A stretch of 64,000 nucleotides of DNA from positions 800,001 through 864,000 of the forward strand of contig CAWCDG010000004.1 of the NCBI GenBank assembly GCA_963794325.1. Direction: 5' to 3'. This stretch comes from an uncultured delta proteobacterium. GTDB taxonomy: Bacteria > Desulfobacterota > Binatia > Binatales > Binataceae. Of this stretch, positions 27,615 through 37,193 are shown piece by piece. Below the pieces are notes generated by a model. The model did not search any database and was not told the origin of the DNA. It saw nothing but the letters and a program-made list of their open reading frames with translations. The position numbers were made by a program, and so were the translations under genes. Each line of letters begins with the position of its first letter. The stretch's first letter is position 1.

Positions 27615-28862
27615 TCAGATCAGTGCTTCTTTCAGTCGTCGAATAACGGAGTCCTGCAATCGACTTTGGAATCGCGCATTAAAATTGAATAGGGATCTAA
27701 AACCCTCTACTTCATAGCCTTGTTCAGGAATCATGTTATCGCTCGGCAGATAACAAATCGGTTGGTCCAGGCATCCGACCGTCAGCAGCGGTTCTCCGCC
27801 CGATAAGAACTCCTCCAACAACTGCCGATACTTGACCACTGGTTCTGCGTTGATTCCTACAATTCGGAACCCTCCGCAGTCGATAAGATGCCACACCAGC
27901 GATTTTTCACCGCTGCCTCCGACGGCAAATTCGTTTTCAGGTACCTCAACCCGCTTCAGCAGGAGCGAGTCGATTTGTAGAATCCGGCCGGACGATCGCG
28001 CGAACGACGCGACAGATTCCGCCAGGCTATTGGACCATTGCTCCCATTCGCGCCTGAGCGGTTGCCTAAATTGCGGCCCCACAAGAACTCTTCGCGCCAG
28101 GCCGGCTAATCCGCCGGACCTGCCTGAAAATGGCGGGCGCACGTCGCCGGAGAATCCTTGAAGGAACAACACAGGAATGTCGCCTAGTTGCGATCGCAGA
28201 CGCGAGCGAACTATCCCCGGGTATTCCGCCGAGACCTGGAGAAACCCGGGGAAGTCTGTCGGGTGGCACGCGTAGTTCCAGATTACTGCGCTCGGCTCGC
28301 CGCCAGGTGTCGAGAATTCGAGAATGCGCACGCTCTCATCGCGGTCTCCACCAGGATTCGGTCCGAACCCTGACGACCTTGCGAAGCCGGACCTCGTCAG
28401 ACGCGGCCGAACAAGGCGGCGATTCATCGAATGGTCAGCGCTCCCTATTCGATAGGTGCAGACGCATCGCTCACCTTTTTGTTCGATAGACTTGACTAGC
28501 GCCGTAATCTGGGTCGCGACGAAGTTCACGTATTCGTCGTCGGCTATACCCAGGTGAGGTATAGACGGCGCGGTCATCGGCGCGGAATGGGTATGCGATG
28601 CGCATAGAAACAGTTCCTCACTCCTATCCGTGAGGCCGAGGTTCTTTACCAATTGAGCTCGCAGGGTTTCACCCGGATAAAGTAGGTCGGTGCTGACTAT
28701 CGTTACGCTCGATGACTCCCCTCTTATTAGGATCACGTTTGCTTCGAGGCGGCTGGCAACTGAGGTAAACGGTGCGGTGCGCTTGTTAAAGCCGCCTAGC
28801 ATCACGGGCCGAAGGGGCGTGATATCTACCGAGCCGGATGAAATAAGGAATTCCTGCGCCAT
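27615..28862 (-). CDS. Neutral/alkaline ceramidase-like amidohydrolase
   Basis: VDITP...LGGF..R, ASHTHSAP, NYACHPT, SAEYPG, FLQGFSGD, GYE motifs. Confidence 0.8.
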   Translation of the reverse strand: MAQEFLISSGSVDITPLRPVMLGGFNKRTAPFTSVASRLEANVILIRGESSSVTIVSTDLLYPGETLRAQLVKNLGLTDRSEELFLCASHTHSAPMTAPSIPHLGIADDEYVNFVATQITALVKSIEQKGERCVCTYRIGSADHSMNRRLVRPRLTRSGFARSSGFGPNPGGDRDESVRILEFSTPGGEPSAVIWNYACHPTDFPGFLQVSAEYPGIVRSRLRSQLGDIPVLFLQGFSGDVRPPFSGRSGGLAGLARRVLVGPQFRQPLRREWEQWSNSLAESVASFARSSGRILQIDSLLLKRVEVPENEFAVGGSGEKSLVWHLIDCGGFRIVGINAEPVVKYRQLLEEFLSGGEPLLTVGCLDQPICYLPSDNMIPEQGYEVEGFRSLFNFNARFQSRLQDSVIRRLKEALI

Positions 28863-28881
28863 CCTATCTATCTCGAGACGC

Positions 28882-29526
28882 TCACGACGCGACCAGGCCG
28901 TCGGGGAGGCTTCTAAAAGACTCCTTGAACGAGAAGATCCGCCATTGTTCGTCGCGAATCAGGTATGGTGAAAAGCCTGCCGCGGCGCATCCCTTCAGGG
29001 CAGCGATATTGTCTTTCTGAACATAGGTGACCGCGTAGCGAGCGCCGCTCAGCAGACCTTTCTCCGCAATCGCCGCCATTGCGGCCGGCATTATTTTTTG
29101 TCCGCGAAACTGCTCGAAGGTGTACGCAAACTCAAGCAGGACCTCGTCCTTGCGCAGGTCTCTCAACTCTCCGTCGAAGAATGGCCGGAAGCGCTCGAGG
29201 TCGGTCTGCCCAATCAACCATTGCATGTAAGAGATCTCACCGCTCGATGTGATGCCCAGGTAGCAGGTCGGGATGTTGGCCTGAAGGATAAGCAGGCGTC
29301 CAGGGCGCGCACTAAGTATCGCGGGTATATCACTATCGCAAATTGCTCTTACTTCGATCGGTTGCTTTGGCGCAGGAGCATGAAATGGAACGGTCAAATC
29401 GCGTCTCAACAGATAGGACTCGCTATTCGAAAACACCCGCTTCCTGAGTTCTCGCGCGAGCTTCGCGAATTTCCCGCTTCGAACTACCAGTAGGAACCGT
29501 TGAACATGACCGTAGTAGCTTTGCAT
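28882..29526 (-). CDS. GNAT-family acetyltransferase
   Basis: AYTFEQFRGQKI acetyl-CoA motif; N.AALK....AGF. Confidence 0.75.
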   Translation of the reverse strand: MQSYYGHVQRFLLVVRSGKFAKLARELRKRVFSNSESYLLRRDLTVPFHAPAPKQPIEVRAICDSDIPAILSARPGRLLILQANIPTCYLGITSSGEISYMQWLIGQTDLERFRPFFDGELRDLRKDEVLLEFAYTFEQFRGQKIMPAAMAAIAEKGLLSGARYAVTYVQKDNIAALKGCAAAGFSPYLIRDEQWRIFSFKESFRSLPDGLVAS

Positions 29527-29545
29527 ATGAGTTACCTATGTCTGA

Positions 29546-30400
29546 TCAGCGCCAGACTGAGTCCATCATCAACAAGCGGCGAACTTGCTGGCGCCGTATG
29601 TACCTTACGAGTTTGGTATCGTTTACACTCGGATGCCGCCTGAGTTGGCTGTCGAAATATCCGGCTGTCATGCATAGTCCCCAGATAGGATGCCTGGCCG
29701 CCAGGCGCGCGGCTCGCGCGAGCAGGAAAATCGGCGAATAGCCGATGTAGTAAGCCGTCTTGCCTTTGCCGTAGTAGCTTTGCCATGCGCCGGCCGCCTC
29801 GCCTTGAGGCCGATGATGATAGGCGCGGATGTGCTTGAAGCTCCGGGTTTTCATCCCGCGCATCAACGCGCGCATCTCGTCGATCGTGTCCCAACCCGGA
29901 CAGCCTTCGAGCGGCTCGATCGCATCGAAGCATTCCGATGAATACATCTTGGTGGCGCCGCGCGTGTGAAAGGAATGAATGTCAGGCACCGCGATCCAGC
30001 GGTCGTTGACTGGCTCGTAGAGCGTCGCGCCTGCGATACCAAGCTTGGGATTGGCAGCGAATTCTTTCAGCATCAGCTCCACGAAATCCGGTTCGAAACT
30101 CAGGTCGGCATCGAGCCGGAAGATATAGTCCACGTCCTGCCACGCATCGCGCGGAAGAAATTGCATGACCACCGATTCGCCGCCCGGCTTGCGCGGGCGA
30201 TCCCGCGCGAGATGAATCGGCTCGATCCAGCTATATTGCCGCGCAGCGGCGTCAAGGATTTCCGCGGTGCCATCGCTCGATCCGTCATCGATAATGATCC
30301 AGCGTTGTGGCAAATGCGTTTGCGCCGCCATGCTGGCAATCAGCCCGGGCAGGAATTGCTGCTCGTCGCGGGCCGGAGTTATTGCAAGATATCTGTCCAT
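29546..30400 (-). CDS. GT2 family glycosyltransferase
   Basis: ITPARDE, IIDDGSSDGT, LDAD, GWDTID. Confidence 0.92.
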   Translation of the reverse strand: MDRYLAITPARDEQQFLPGLIASMAAQTHLPQRWIIIDDGSSDGTAEILDAAARQYSWIEPIHLARDRPRKPGGESVVMQFLPRDAWQDVDYIFRLDADLSFEPDFVELMLKEFAANPKLGIAGATLYEPVNDRWIAVPDIHSFHTRGATKMYSSECFDAIEPLEGCPGWDTIDEMRALMRGMKTRSFKHIRAYHHRPQGEAAGAWQSYYGKGKTAYYIGYSPIFLLARAARLAARHPIWGLCMTAGYFDSQLRRHPSVNDTKLVRYIRRQQVRRLLMMDSVWR

Positions 30401-30447
30401 CTCATTGTCCCAAACCCATCCAACGGGCCGCTACAACCTGGCCCGCA

Positions 30448-31794
30448 TCAATCGGCACGACTCTTTGACCGGTAGCTGTCAGGAAATCTGACTCGCGCGC
30501 GCGTCAGATCGGTATAACGAGCCATCGCGCGGATCCTTCTGGCGAAAAAATTCCTGTTCTCGCTGTTGAGTAGATACTTGAGCCGGCCGTAGGCCTGCGC
30601 GTTGTTCATCGCGAACAGCGCGCGATGGATCCGCCAGTTCACAAGATTGCGCGTCACCGTATGCTGCGCCGAGCTCGACAAGGTTTGCAGTCCGTAAGGC
30701 CTGAAGAAACAAAAATGCAGAGCCTGCGAACACATTATGATGTCCGGCGCATGAGACGGTGCCACTTCGGCGAATGAGTCCGTGCAAATCGAAAACGCCA
30801 CGGTCTTGTCGAGGTCGGGAAGTTTGACCACCACCGGTCGCAGCATCCGCAACACAAGCGCCGGATATTTTTCATGCAGATGGCGCACCATCTCGTGGAA
30901 CGCTTGCTCTATCGGCTGCAGCGGAACGGCCGCGGGAGTGTCGTAGGGAAACTGATCTATCGTCTCGTAAACCTCATCGTACTTCGCCAGGGCCGGCGCC
31001 GATTCGCAGATCGCCGACGAATCATAGGTGTCGCCCGGATAAAGGATCGCAACCCCGAGATTGCGCGGCCGCGCGAATTCCCACACGTCGCGTGGCCGGT
31101 TGGCGAATGCGTTCATGTAGCGATTGTCGGCCAGCGAAAAGCGCATCAGGCTCGCAAATGGAATCGTGACCTTCGCGCCCAGCGCCGCGTGATTGGCGAA
31201 AATTTTCTCGAGCAGGGCCGCCGCTCCGCGCCGCAGATGAGATTCGCGCGGCTGAAGGCCGTTATAGACGGCCAGTGAGAACTGACTCAGCACGGTGTCG
31301 ATTCGCCCGATGTCCGACTTCACCCGCCGACAATCGGTCGCGTTCAGCCGCGAATCGTTGATGTTGAACAAACTAGTTTCCGGCTCGATCACGCCAAGGC
31401 AGGAATCCAGCGTCCCCGCGCTGTAGCAGTACACGGCAGTTCGATCGTTGAGAGGAATCCGCTTGCGATGCGCCAGCACCTGGAAGTTTTTGTAGCCGCA
31501 CTTTTCCAATACTCCGAAAACCCGGTCCGCGTGATTGTCCTGGAACAGAACCGTGACCCGCGCTTTGAATTCGGGCGGCAGCGAATCCAGACTCGGGATA
31601 TGAAAGTGATCCGGGTGAATGTGCGAGATCCATAGATAGTCGATTCCGTCGAGCATCGCCGGGTCAAACGCGGCGGAGGGAAACAACGACCACGATTCGT
31701 TGAAGACCTTTCCGGTGAGCCACGGATCAGTCCAGATTCGAAGTCCGTGCGACTCGATTACGACCGAAGCGTGTGAAACTAGGGTGACTTTCAT
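30448..31794 (-). CDS. MBL-fold protein, NamH/CMAH-like (paralog 1)
   Basis: HAS..DPWL...FN.SW, SHIHPDH, DS...FNINDS, D..LSQFS, IPFAS. Confidence 0.8.
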   Translation of the reverse strand: MKVTLVSHASVVIESHGLRIWTDPWLTGKVFNESWSLFPSAAFDPAMLDGIDYLWISHIHPDHFHIPSLDSLPPEFKARVTVLFQDNHADRVFGVLEKCGYKNFQVLAHRKRIPLNDRTAVYCYSAGTLDSCLGVIEPETSLFNINDSRLNATDCRRVKSDIGRIDTVLSQFSLAVYNGLQPRESHLRRGAAALLEKIFANHAALGAKVTIPFASLMRFSLADNRYMNAFANRPRDVWEFARPRNLGVAILYPGDTYDSSAICESAPALAKYDEVYETIDQFPYDTPAAVPLQPIEQAFHEMVRHLHEKYPALVLRMLRPVVVKLPDLDKTVAFSICTDSFAEVAPSHAPDIIMCSQALHFCFFRPYGLQTLSSSAQHTVTRNLVNWRIHRALFAMNNAQAYGRLKYLLNSENRNFFARRIRAMARYTDLTRARVRFPDSYRSKSRAD

Positions 31795-32035
31795 CAGTTA
31801 ACCATTGCGCGCGTTTTGCGAATGACGGACCACAAGCTCCTTCCCTTCCCTGAACAGATTCGTCTTCAGATCGGCTCAATGGGCACGGTAGCAGATATGA
31901 AAAGCTAATTCAATCTATTAAAGTTAAATAAAATAGATGAAAAGACAATCAATTGCTGTAAATGGATGATACTATATCTCCTGACCTATATTGGATTGCT
32001 TTATTTGACCTTTATGCCGCGGAGTGATTACTTCA

Positions 32036-33352
32036 ATGAAAATACATTTCGTCGGACACGCCTGCATCGTCGCCGAATGCGCAGACACCTCGATCCTCAT
32101 GGACCCGTGGCTGTTCGGGAAAATTTTCAACGACTCGTGGAGTCTGCTGCCGGAGCCGAAGTTCGATCCTGCGATGCTCGATAAGGTCGATTACCTCTGG
32201 CTTTCACACGAGCATCCTGACCATTGCCACTTTCCGAGCCTCGACTCGTTTCCGGCGGCGTTCAAAGCGCGCGTGACGGTCCTCTTTCAGGACCGCGATT
32301 ACGCAAAAGTCTTCGGGGCGCTTCGCAAGCTTGGTTATCAGCGATTCAAGCGGTTACCGCATCGCGTAGCCGTGCCGCTGTCCGACAAGCCCGATGCGAC
32401 GAAGGTCTATTGCTACCATGCCGGCCTGATGGACTCGGCGCTGGCCGTGCTCGGTCAATGGCAGGTCATATTTAACGCGAACGACTCGCGCATCAGCGTC
32501 GGGGAATGCAAGGGGATTCTCGCGGACATCGGGCACGTCGACGTGCTGCTGAACCAGTTCTCGCTGGCCGCTTACGGCGGCTTCGAGCCGCACGAAAAAT
32601 ATTTGCCGCAACGAGCGAAGCAGATTCTCGAGAATGTCTCGTCAGTGCATCGCGCGTTGGATGCGAAGGTCACGATCCCGTTCGCGAGCTTCATCTACTT
32701 TTCGAGCCTCGACAACAAGTACGTGAACAATTTTGTGAATTCCGCGCGCGATGCGTCCGATTATTTGAAAAGGCATGGCCAGCGCGCGGCGGTACTTTAT
32801 CCGGGAGACAGCTACGAGGTCGGTGCCGAGCACAATTCAGCGGACGCGCTGGCGCGATTCGACCAACTGCCGGCGGTCGATACGCGTACGTACGATCCGA
32901 TCGAAAGCGAAACGATGCCTGAAATTGTTGCCGCCTACGACAAGCTTGCGGCGCAGATGCGCGACAAGTACTCGATGGTGTTGCTGCGCATGCTCCATCG
33001 AGTGACCATCCGGATACCGGACCTCGACAAGACGGTTGCGTTCCGACTCGCGGCGGGGTCGCTCGAGGAAATCGACAACGCGACCGAACCCGACCTGGTG
33101 ATCAATTCTCAGCCGCTCTGGTTTGGATTCAAGTTCCCGTTCGGCTTCCAGACGCTGGGCGTATCGGCGCGGTTCAAGCTGCTGCGCAATTTCAGCAACT
33201 GGAAATTCCACCGCATCCTGTTTTCGCTCAACAACGGCGGAATCTACCTGCGCCCCCGGTATCTGCTGACGGCGGAAATGCTCGGCTACGTCCGCACCCG
33301 GCTCGGAGGCGGACTGCGGCAGTCAATTCACTATTATCGAACGTCGCTCTGA
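32036..33352 (+). CDS. MBL-fold protein, NamH/CMAH-like (paralog 2)
   Basis: GHAC..DPWL...FN.SW, SHEHPDH, DSAL...FNANDSR, GHVDVLLNQFS, IPFAS; GGAG RBS before ATG 32036. Confidence 0.8.
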   Translation: MKIHFVGHACIVAECADTSILMDPWLFGKIFNDSWSLLPEPKFDPAMLDKVDYLWLSHEHPDHCHFPSLDSFPAAFKARVTVLFQDRDYAKVFGALRKLGYQRFKRLPHRVAVPLSDKPDATKVYCYHAGLMDSALAVLGQWQVIFNANDSRISVGECKGILADIGHVDVLLNQFSLAAYGGFEPHEKYLPQRAKQILENVSSVHRALDAKVTIPFASFIYFSSLDNKYVNNFVNSARDASDYLKRHGQRAAVLYPGDSYEVGAEHNSADALARFDQLPAVDTRTYDPIESETMPEIVAAYDKLAAQMRDKYSMVLLRMLHRVTIRIPDLDKTVAFRLAAGSLEEIDNATEPDLVINSQPLWFGFKFPFGFQTLGVSARFKLLRNFSNWKFHRILFSLNNGGIYLRPRYLLTAEMLGYVRTRLGGGLRQSIHYYRTSL

Positions 33353-33391
33353 CTATAGCTATTGACTACCGCAATCTCTCCGGAGTGACTA

Positions 33392-35587
33392 TTACTGTGC
33401 GGCCCCGATTGAGTATGCAAGCCCCACCCGGCTGGTCCCGTAAAAGTCGTCGACGACCGCCGTTATCGTGGTCCCGGCGCCCTTCAGCGGCGAGCCTGCC
33501 TGCAGATGGAAGTCCGCGCCGGCGCCGGTCGCGTCGCCGTAGTTGACGAACATCGGCGCGACGCTGATGTACGGTTCCACAGTCGGATAAGTACCCAAAC
33601 TGCCGCCGCCAGGCATGTAGAAATCGTTGTTCTCGAAAACCGGGCTGCCGCTCGGTACCACAGCATAGGAGTCGCCGCCGGCGCCAACATCGTAGTAGAT
33701 GTTGTTGATGAACTCGTCGGCGGGCGACCTCATGTCGATGAAGATGACCCCTTCTTGCAGGAGATGGTCCCAGGTGTTGTTGTAAACGTGCATCGCGCCG
33801 ACGTTGCTTCCCAGCTGTATTCCCTGCCGCATGTTCGAAAATTCGTTGTTCTGGAAGGTTACCGTTCCGATCAGCCCGTCGACGCCCTCGATCATCGCCG
33901 TCTCCGCATCCACCGCGGTTGATGCGAGCGGCCAGCGGCAGACGTTTTTCTCGATCAGGATGTCGTCCACTTCCATCGCGGTGCTGCCCCAGGTCTGGAA
34001 GCAATCGGTATGCGGATTGGGATTGGCCGGCAACACGGTGGCGATGTCGTGCGCGTAGTTCGATCGGAACACGTTATGCTGCCCGAAGAAGCGGAACGCG
34101 TCCGCATCGGCGCCGCCGGTCGTCGTGCATCCTGAATAAATTCCGCCCGCATCGACCGGATACTGCTGCGTGCCCCAGACCTCGTTGCCCTGGACGAGAT
34201 CGTGCATGCCGTCGACCTGCACACCCGCCATCTCGTTCTGCCAGAACCGGTTGTTCAGCACCGTGATGTACGAGACCCCTGACTCCATGAAAATCCCTTC
34301 GTGGCAAAGTTCATGAATGTAACTGTTCTGGATCGTGTCGTGTGCGGCCGAACCGGATACGTGGATCCCGTAACCCTGGCTGCCGTTGATTTGGGTCGAG
34401 ATGTCGAATCCGCTCAGCACCCAGTTGCTGCCCGTCAGGTCGAAGCCCAGCAGCTTGACAACGGCGCCGCTGGCGACCTGCAAAGCGATTGGAGCGGCCA
34501 GCGTCCCCGAGTTCGAGATCGAGACCCGCTCGCCGTAGTTGCCCGCCGAAACGATCGCAGTCTGCCCGGCTTTCAGCGTGCTGGCCGCTTTCTGAATCGT
34601 CCGCCACGGCGCGCCGGAACTGCCCGCGGCAGAGTCGCTGCCGGTCGGCGATACGTAGAAGGTCGATCCACTCGGGGTCGAAGTCGAGGTCGGAGTTGGA
34701 GTCGAAGCCAAGGTCGGCGTCGGCGTCGCAGTGGGTTTGGCGGTGGAGGTCGTCGAACCCGTCGGCGTCGCAGTGGGCTGGCCTGTGGGCGTCGATGAAG
34801 CCGTCGCAGTTGCAGTCGCCTTCGCCGTCGATGTAACCGTCGAAGTCGGAGTTGCGGTAACCGTTGACGTCGCGGCGGAATTGCTGACGGTCAAGCTGAC
34901 GGTCGAGCTGCCGATCGACGTCGTCCCGTTGTACGCATAGCCGTCGACGCGCAAATTGTGCGAGCCGTTGGCAACCGTGGTCGTATCCCACGGCAGATTG
35001 TTGTAGCCGTCAGTGATCGCCGCGCCATCCACGGACAAGTGCGTCCACCAGACCGCATTCGGATTGGTGGTTGAAGGCGGAGTCGAGAAAGACAGCGCTA
35101 CGGTAATCGTTCCGCTCATCTTCTGCCCGTTAACCGGCGAGACGAACGAAACCACCGGACCGGACGTCGGGGTGGCAGTAGGAGTAGGCTGACGTTTGCG
35201 GTTCGCAACTCTAACCGTCTCAGTAACCGTGTGCAGGAGTTGGTTGGATGACGAATAGGCTTGGGCCGCAAGGGTATGCGCCCCGTTCGAAACCGCCGTG
35301 GAATCCCACACGTAGCTGGTGGACGAAGATGACGCCATCAGGTTGCCGTCGAGCAGGAACGCCACGCGAGCGACGGCCGGCTTGATCTTCACCGACGTCG
35401 TCACCGAGTTGGAGACGGTCGCATCCGGCGCCGGCGAGGCGATCTTGATAGGACTTGCCGCGCGTGCCTGGCCTTGGCCGAGCAGCGCAAGAATCAAACC
35501 AACTACAACGACGAACGCGAGCCGGCACAGGCCCGACGCCGCCCACCTTGCAATAGCAACCAACTGCCATCGCGATCGATCTACCAT
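33392..35587 (-). CDS. Secreted Ig-like x2 + Thr/Pro linker + DUF1565/right-handed beta-helix polysaccharide-active protein
   Basis: Signal peptide; WD(S/T)T.V.NG.H Ig repeats; FYVSPTGSDS...PWRTIQKA; DADA beta-helix; DFHLQAGSP...IGA tail. Confidence 0.85.
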   Translation of the reverse strand: MVDRSRWQLVAIARWAASGLCRLAFVVVVGLILALLGQGQARAASPIKIASPAPDATVSNSVTTSVKIKPAVARVAFLLDGNLMASSSSTSYVWDSTAVSNGAHTLAAQAYSSSNQLLHTVTETVRVANRKRQPTPTATPTSGPVVSFVSPVNGQKMSGTITVALSFSTPPSTTNPNAVWWTHLSVDGAAITDGYNNLPWDTTTVANGSHNLRVDGYAYNGTTSIGSSTVSLTVSNSAATSTVTATPTSTVTSTAKATATATASSTPTGQPTATPTGSTTSTAKPTATPTPTLASTPTPTSTSTPSGSTFYVSPTGSDSAAGSSGAPWRTIQKAASTLKAGQTAIVSAGNYGERVSISNSGTLAAPIALQVASGAVVKLLGFDLTGSNWVLSGFDISTQINGSQGYGIHVSGSAAHDTIQNSYIHELCHEGIFMESGVSYITVLNNRFWQNEMAGVQVDGMHDLVQGNEVWGTQQYPVDAGGIYSGCTTTGGADADAFRFFGQHNVFRSNYAHDIATVLPANPNPHTDCFQTWGSTAMEVDDILIEKNVCRWPLASTAVDAETAMIEGVDGLIGTVTFQNNEFSNMRQGIQLGSNVGAMHVYNNTWDHLLQEGVIFIDMRSPADEFINNIYYDVGAGGDSYAVVPSGSPVFENNDFYMPGGGSLGTYPTVEPYISVAPMFVNYGDATGAGADFHLQAGSPLKGAGTTITAVVDDFYGTSRVGLAYSIGAAQ
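34660..34880 (-). repeat. Low-complexity Thr/Pro/Ser linker
   Basis: Encodes TATPT/TPTPT repeats between the Ig and beta-helix domains. Confidence 0.7.
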
Positions 35588-35748
35588 ACAGAAAGCTCCC
35601 CCGTCCGACTACGAGACCGCTGGCTTTGCGCAACGTGCTCAGGACGGAAATTCTGTCGTTCGATTTTCTCGACGAAAAGTCTTGTGTAGAAGAGCTATAC
35701 GGAGAGCGCGGGCGATTTCAATTCATTCACGATAGAAAAGTGGAAAAG

Positions 35749-35764
35749 TGTCGCGGGGTTGACA
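35749..35764. promoter_or_regulatory. Crp-family (CooA-type) binding box TGTCG-N6-TGACA
   Basis: AAG-TGTCG-CGGGGT-TGACA-CT, about 160 bp upstream of the beta-helix gene and close to a Crp-family gene. Confidence 0.55.
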
Positions 35765-35866
35765 CTGAAAAAAACGGTTGGATCGCCGATCGCGCTACTC
35801 ACGAACAAGCAAAACACAACGTAGGTGAATTTCTAACAAAGCAGAGTGCGGTGGCTCAGTGGTCGC

Positions 35867-36130
35867 TCACGGGGTCGGCTGAAACTGCATTTGTGCGGCG
35901 TTCGGAAAGTCCCTGTAGCCGGGATCGATAAAGTTCGTGGCGCCGCCGCGCACGAAGCCCAGCTGCACGCCCAGCAGGTCCGCGCGATTGTCCAGATCGG
36001 GATAATGCACACTCTGTTGTCGCTGCTCCTCGTTCGCCTCCAGGGGTTTTGGGCCGAAGACGTACTGCCCTGCCAGCGCGATCGCAGCGACAGCGCAAAT
36101 GGCAACGGTGATTCTGAGTAGTACTTTCAA
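35867..36130 (-). CDS. Small secreted/membrane hypothetical protein
   Basis: GAGGA RBS, TTG start, hydrophobic N-terminus. Confidence 0.6.
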   Translation of the reverse strand: MKVLLRITVAICAVAAIALAGQYVFGPKPLEANEEQRQQSVHYPDLDNRADLLGVQLGFVRGGATNFIDPGYRDFPNAAQMQFQPTP

Positions 36131-36188
36131 ATTTTTTCCTCATTCCGAGCGCCGCGCGCCTTGGCCGGCCTGCTCGTAGAGACAGTTG

Positions 36189-37025
36189 TCATGGATGCAT
36201 GTGTTCGCGCCGGGTAAGCGCGGAGCCGTTGTGCGATCCGCTGGCCCGATGCGCAATTGGAGCCGCATGCTGACAGAGCGCCGGATCGTTCATCAGCGCG
36301 ACGAGCTTTTCGGGAACCAGCACGATCTGCCGGCCCAGATTTATCACCGCTCCCAATCGTACGAGCTCGCCCCAATATTCATTTATCTTCTGCCGCGATG
36401 CGCCCAGCAACTCGGCCAAATCATTCTGAGTCATCGGCAGATTCAAGATCAGTCCTCTCGAGTCACGGACTCCAAACTTGTCGCCGATTTCGATCAGCGC
36501 GATCACCAGCCGCTCGCGCGGCGACATGCGGAACATTTTTATGTATCGCATCAGCGTTTCGGCCGACCAGCCAACCGTCATTTCCGTCGCGGATTTGAAC
36601 GCCCGCAATTCAACGCCCAGCAGTATGTCCAGCAGCCTGGTCGAATCGATCTTGGCCATCAGGCTGTTCGCAAATGCGTATCCATTGAGACCCTGCGCCG
36701 TTTTGGGCAGCAACGAAGGGACGCCAAATATTTCTCCCGGCGCCAGCAGAGCGACCAGCACCTGGTGGCGGCTGTCATGCTGCCGCGTAATTGCGATCGC
36801 TCCCTTCAAAACCAGGAAGACGTCACCCGCTGAATGAGGTTCGACCAGGACCCGATCGCCTCGTTTGAAGCGCACCAGTGACATCTCTCTCACCAGCCGT
36901 TCGAGCTTGTCCGGCTTAAGCGTCGGAAAGTGTTTCACCAGCGTTTGAACGTCGAGTGGTTTTTCCGTCGACCCATTTAACAATGGGTGTGAAATTCGAG
37001 TCGCGGGACGCTTGGAGTGCTTCAT
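36189..37025 (-). CDS. Crp/Fnr-family transcriptional regulator
   Basis: cNMP-like beta-roll (VFLVLKG, L.PGEIFG) and HTH MTQNDLAELLGASRQKIN. Confidence 0.9.
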   Translation of the reverse strand: MKHSKRPATRISHPLLNGSTEKPLDVQTLVKHFPTLKPDKLERLVREMSLVRFKRGDRVLVEPHSAGDVFLVLKGAIAITRQHDSRHQVLVALLAPGEIFGVPSLLPKTAQGLNGYAFANSLMAKIDSTRLLDILLGVELRAFKSATEMTVGWSAETLMRYIKMFRMSPRERLVIALIEIGDKFGVRDSRGLILNLPMTQNDLAELLGASRQKINEYWGELVRLGAVINLGRQIVLVPEKLVALMNDPALCQHAAPIAHRASGSHNGSALTRREHMHP

Positions 37026-37193
37026 GTTGGTTTCGGAAACTCTTTGCTTGCAGACACCTTAGCATGGCAATTCTATTGTTGTCTATATTTCTTACTCTTT
37101 TATATTCTTTAAATGATATTGATTTGCTTTAAATGGCCTTATCAGATACACTAATCGCATCACCAAGAGTTCGTTTTCTCGGGGAAAACTCAA

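Noticed and set aside
34660-34880. Tandem repeats resembling a CRISPR array or VNTR
   Set aside because: Degenerate codon-level repeats encoding a Thr/Pro linker; no constant repeat-spacer structure and no cas genes.
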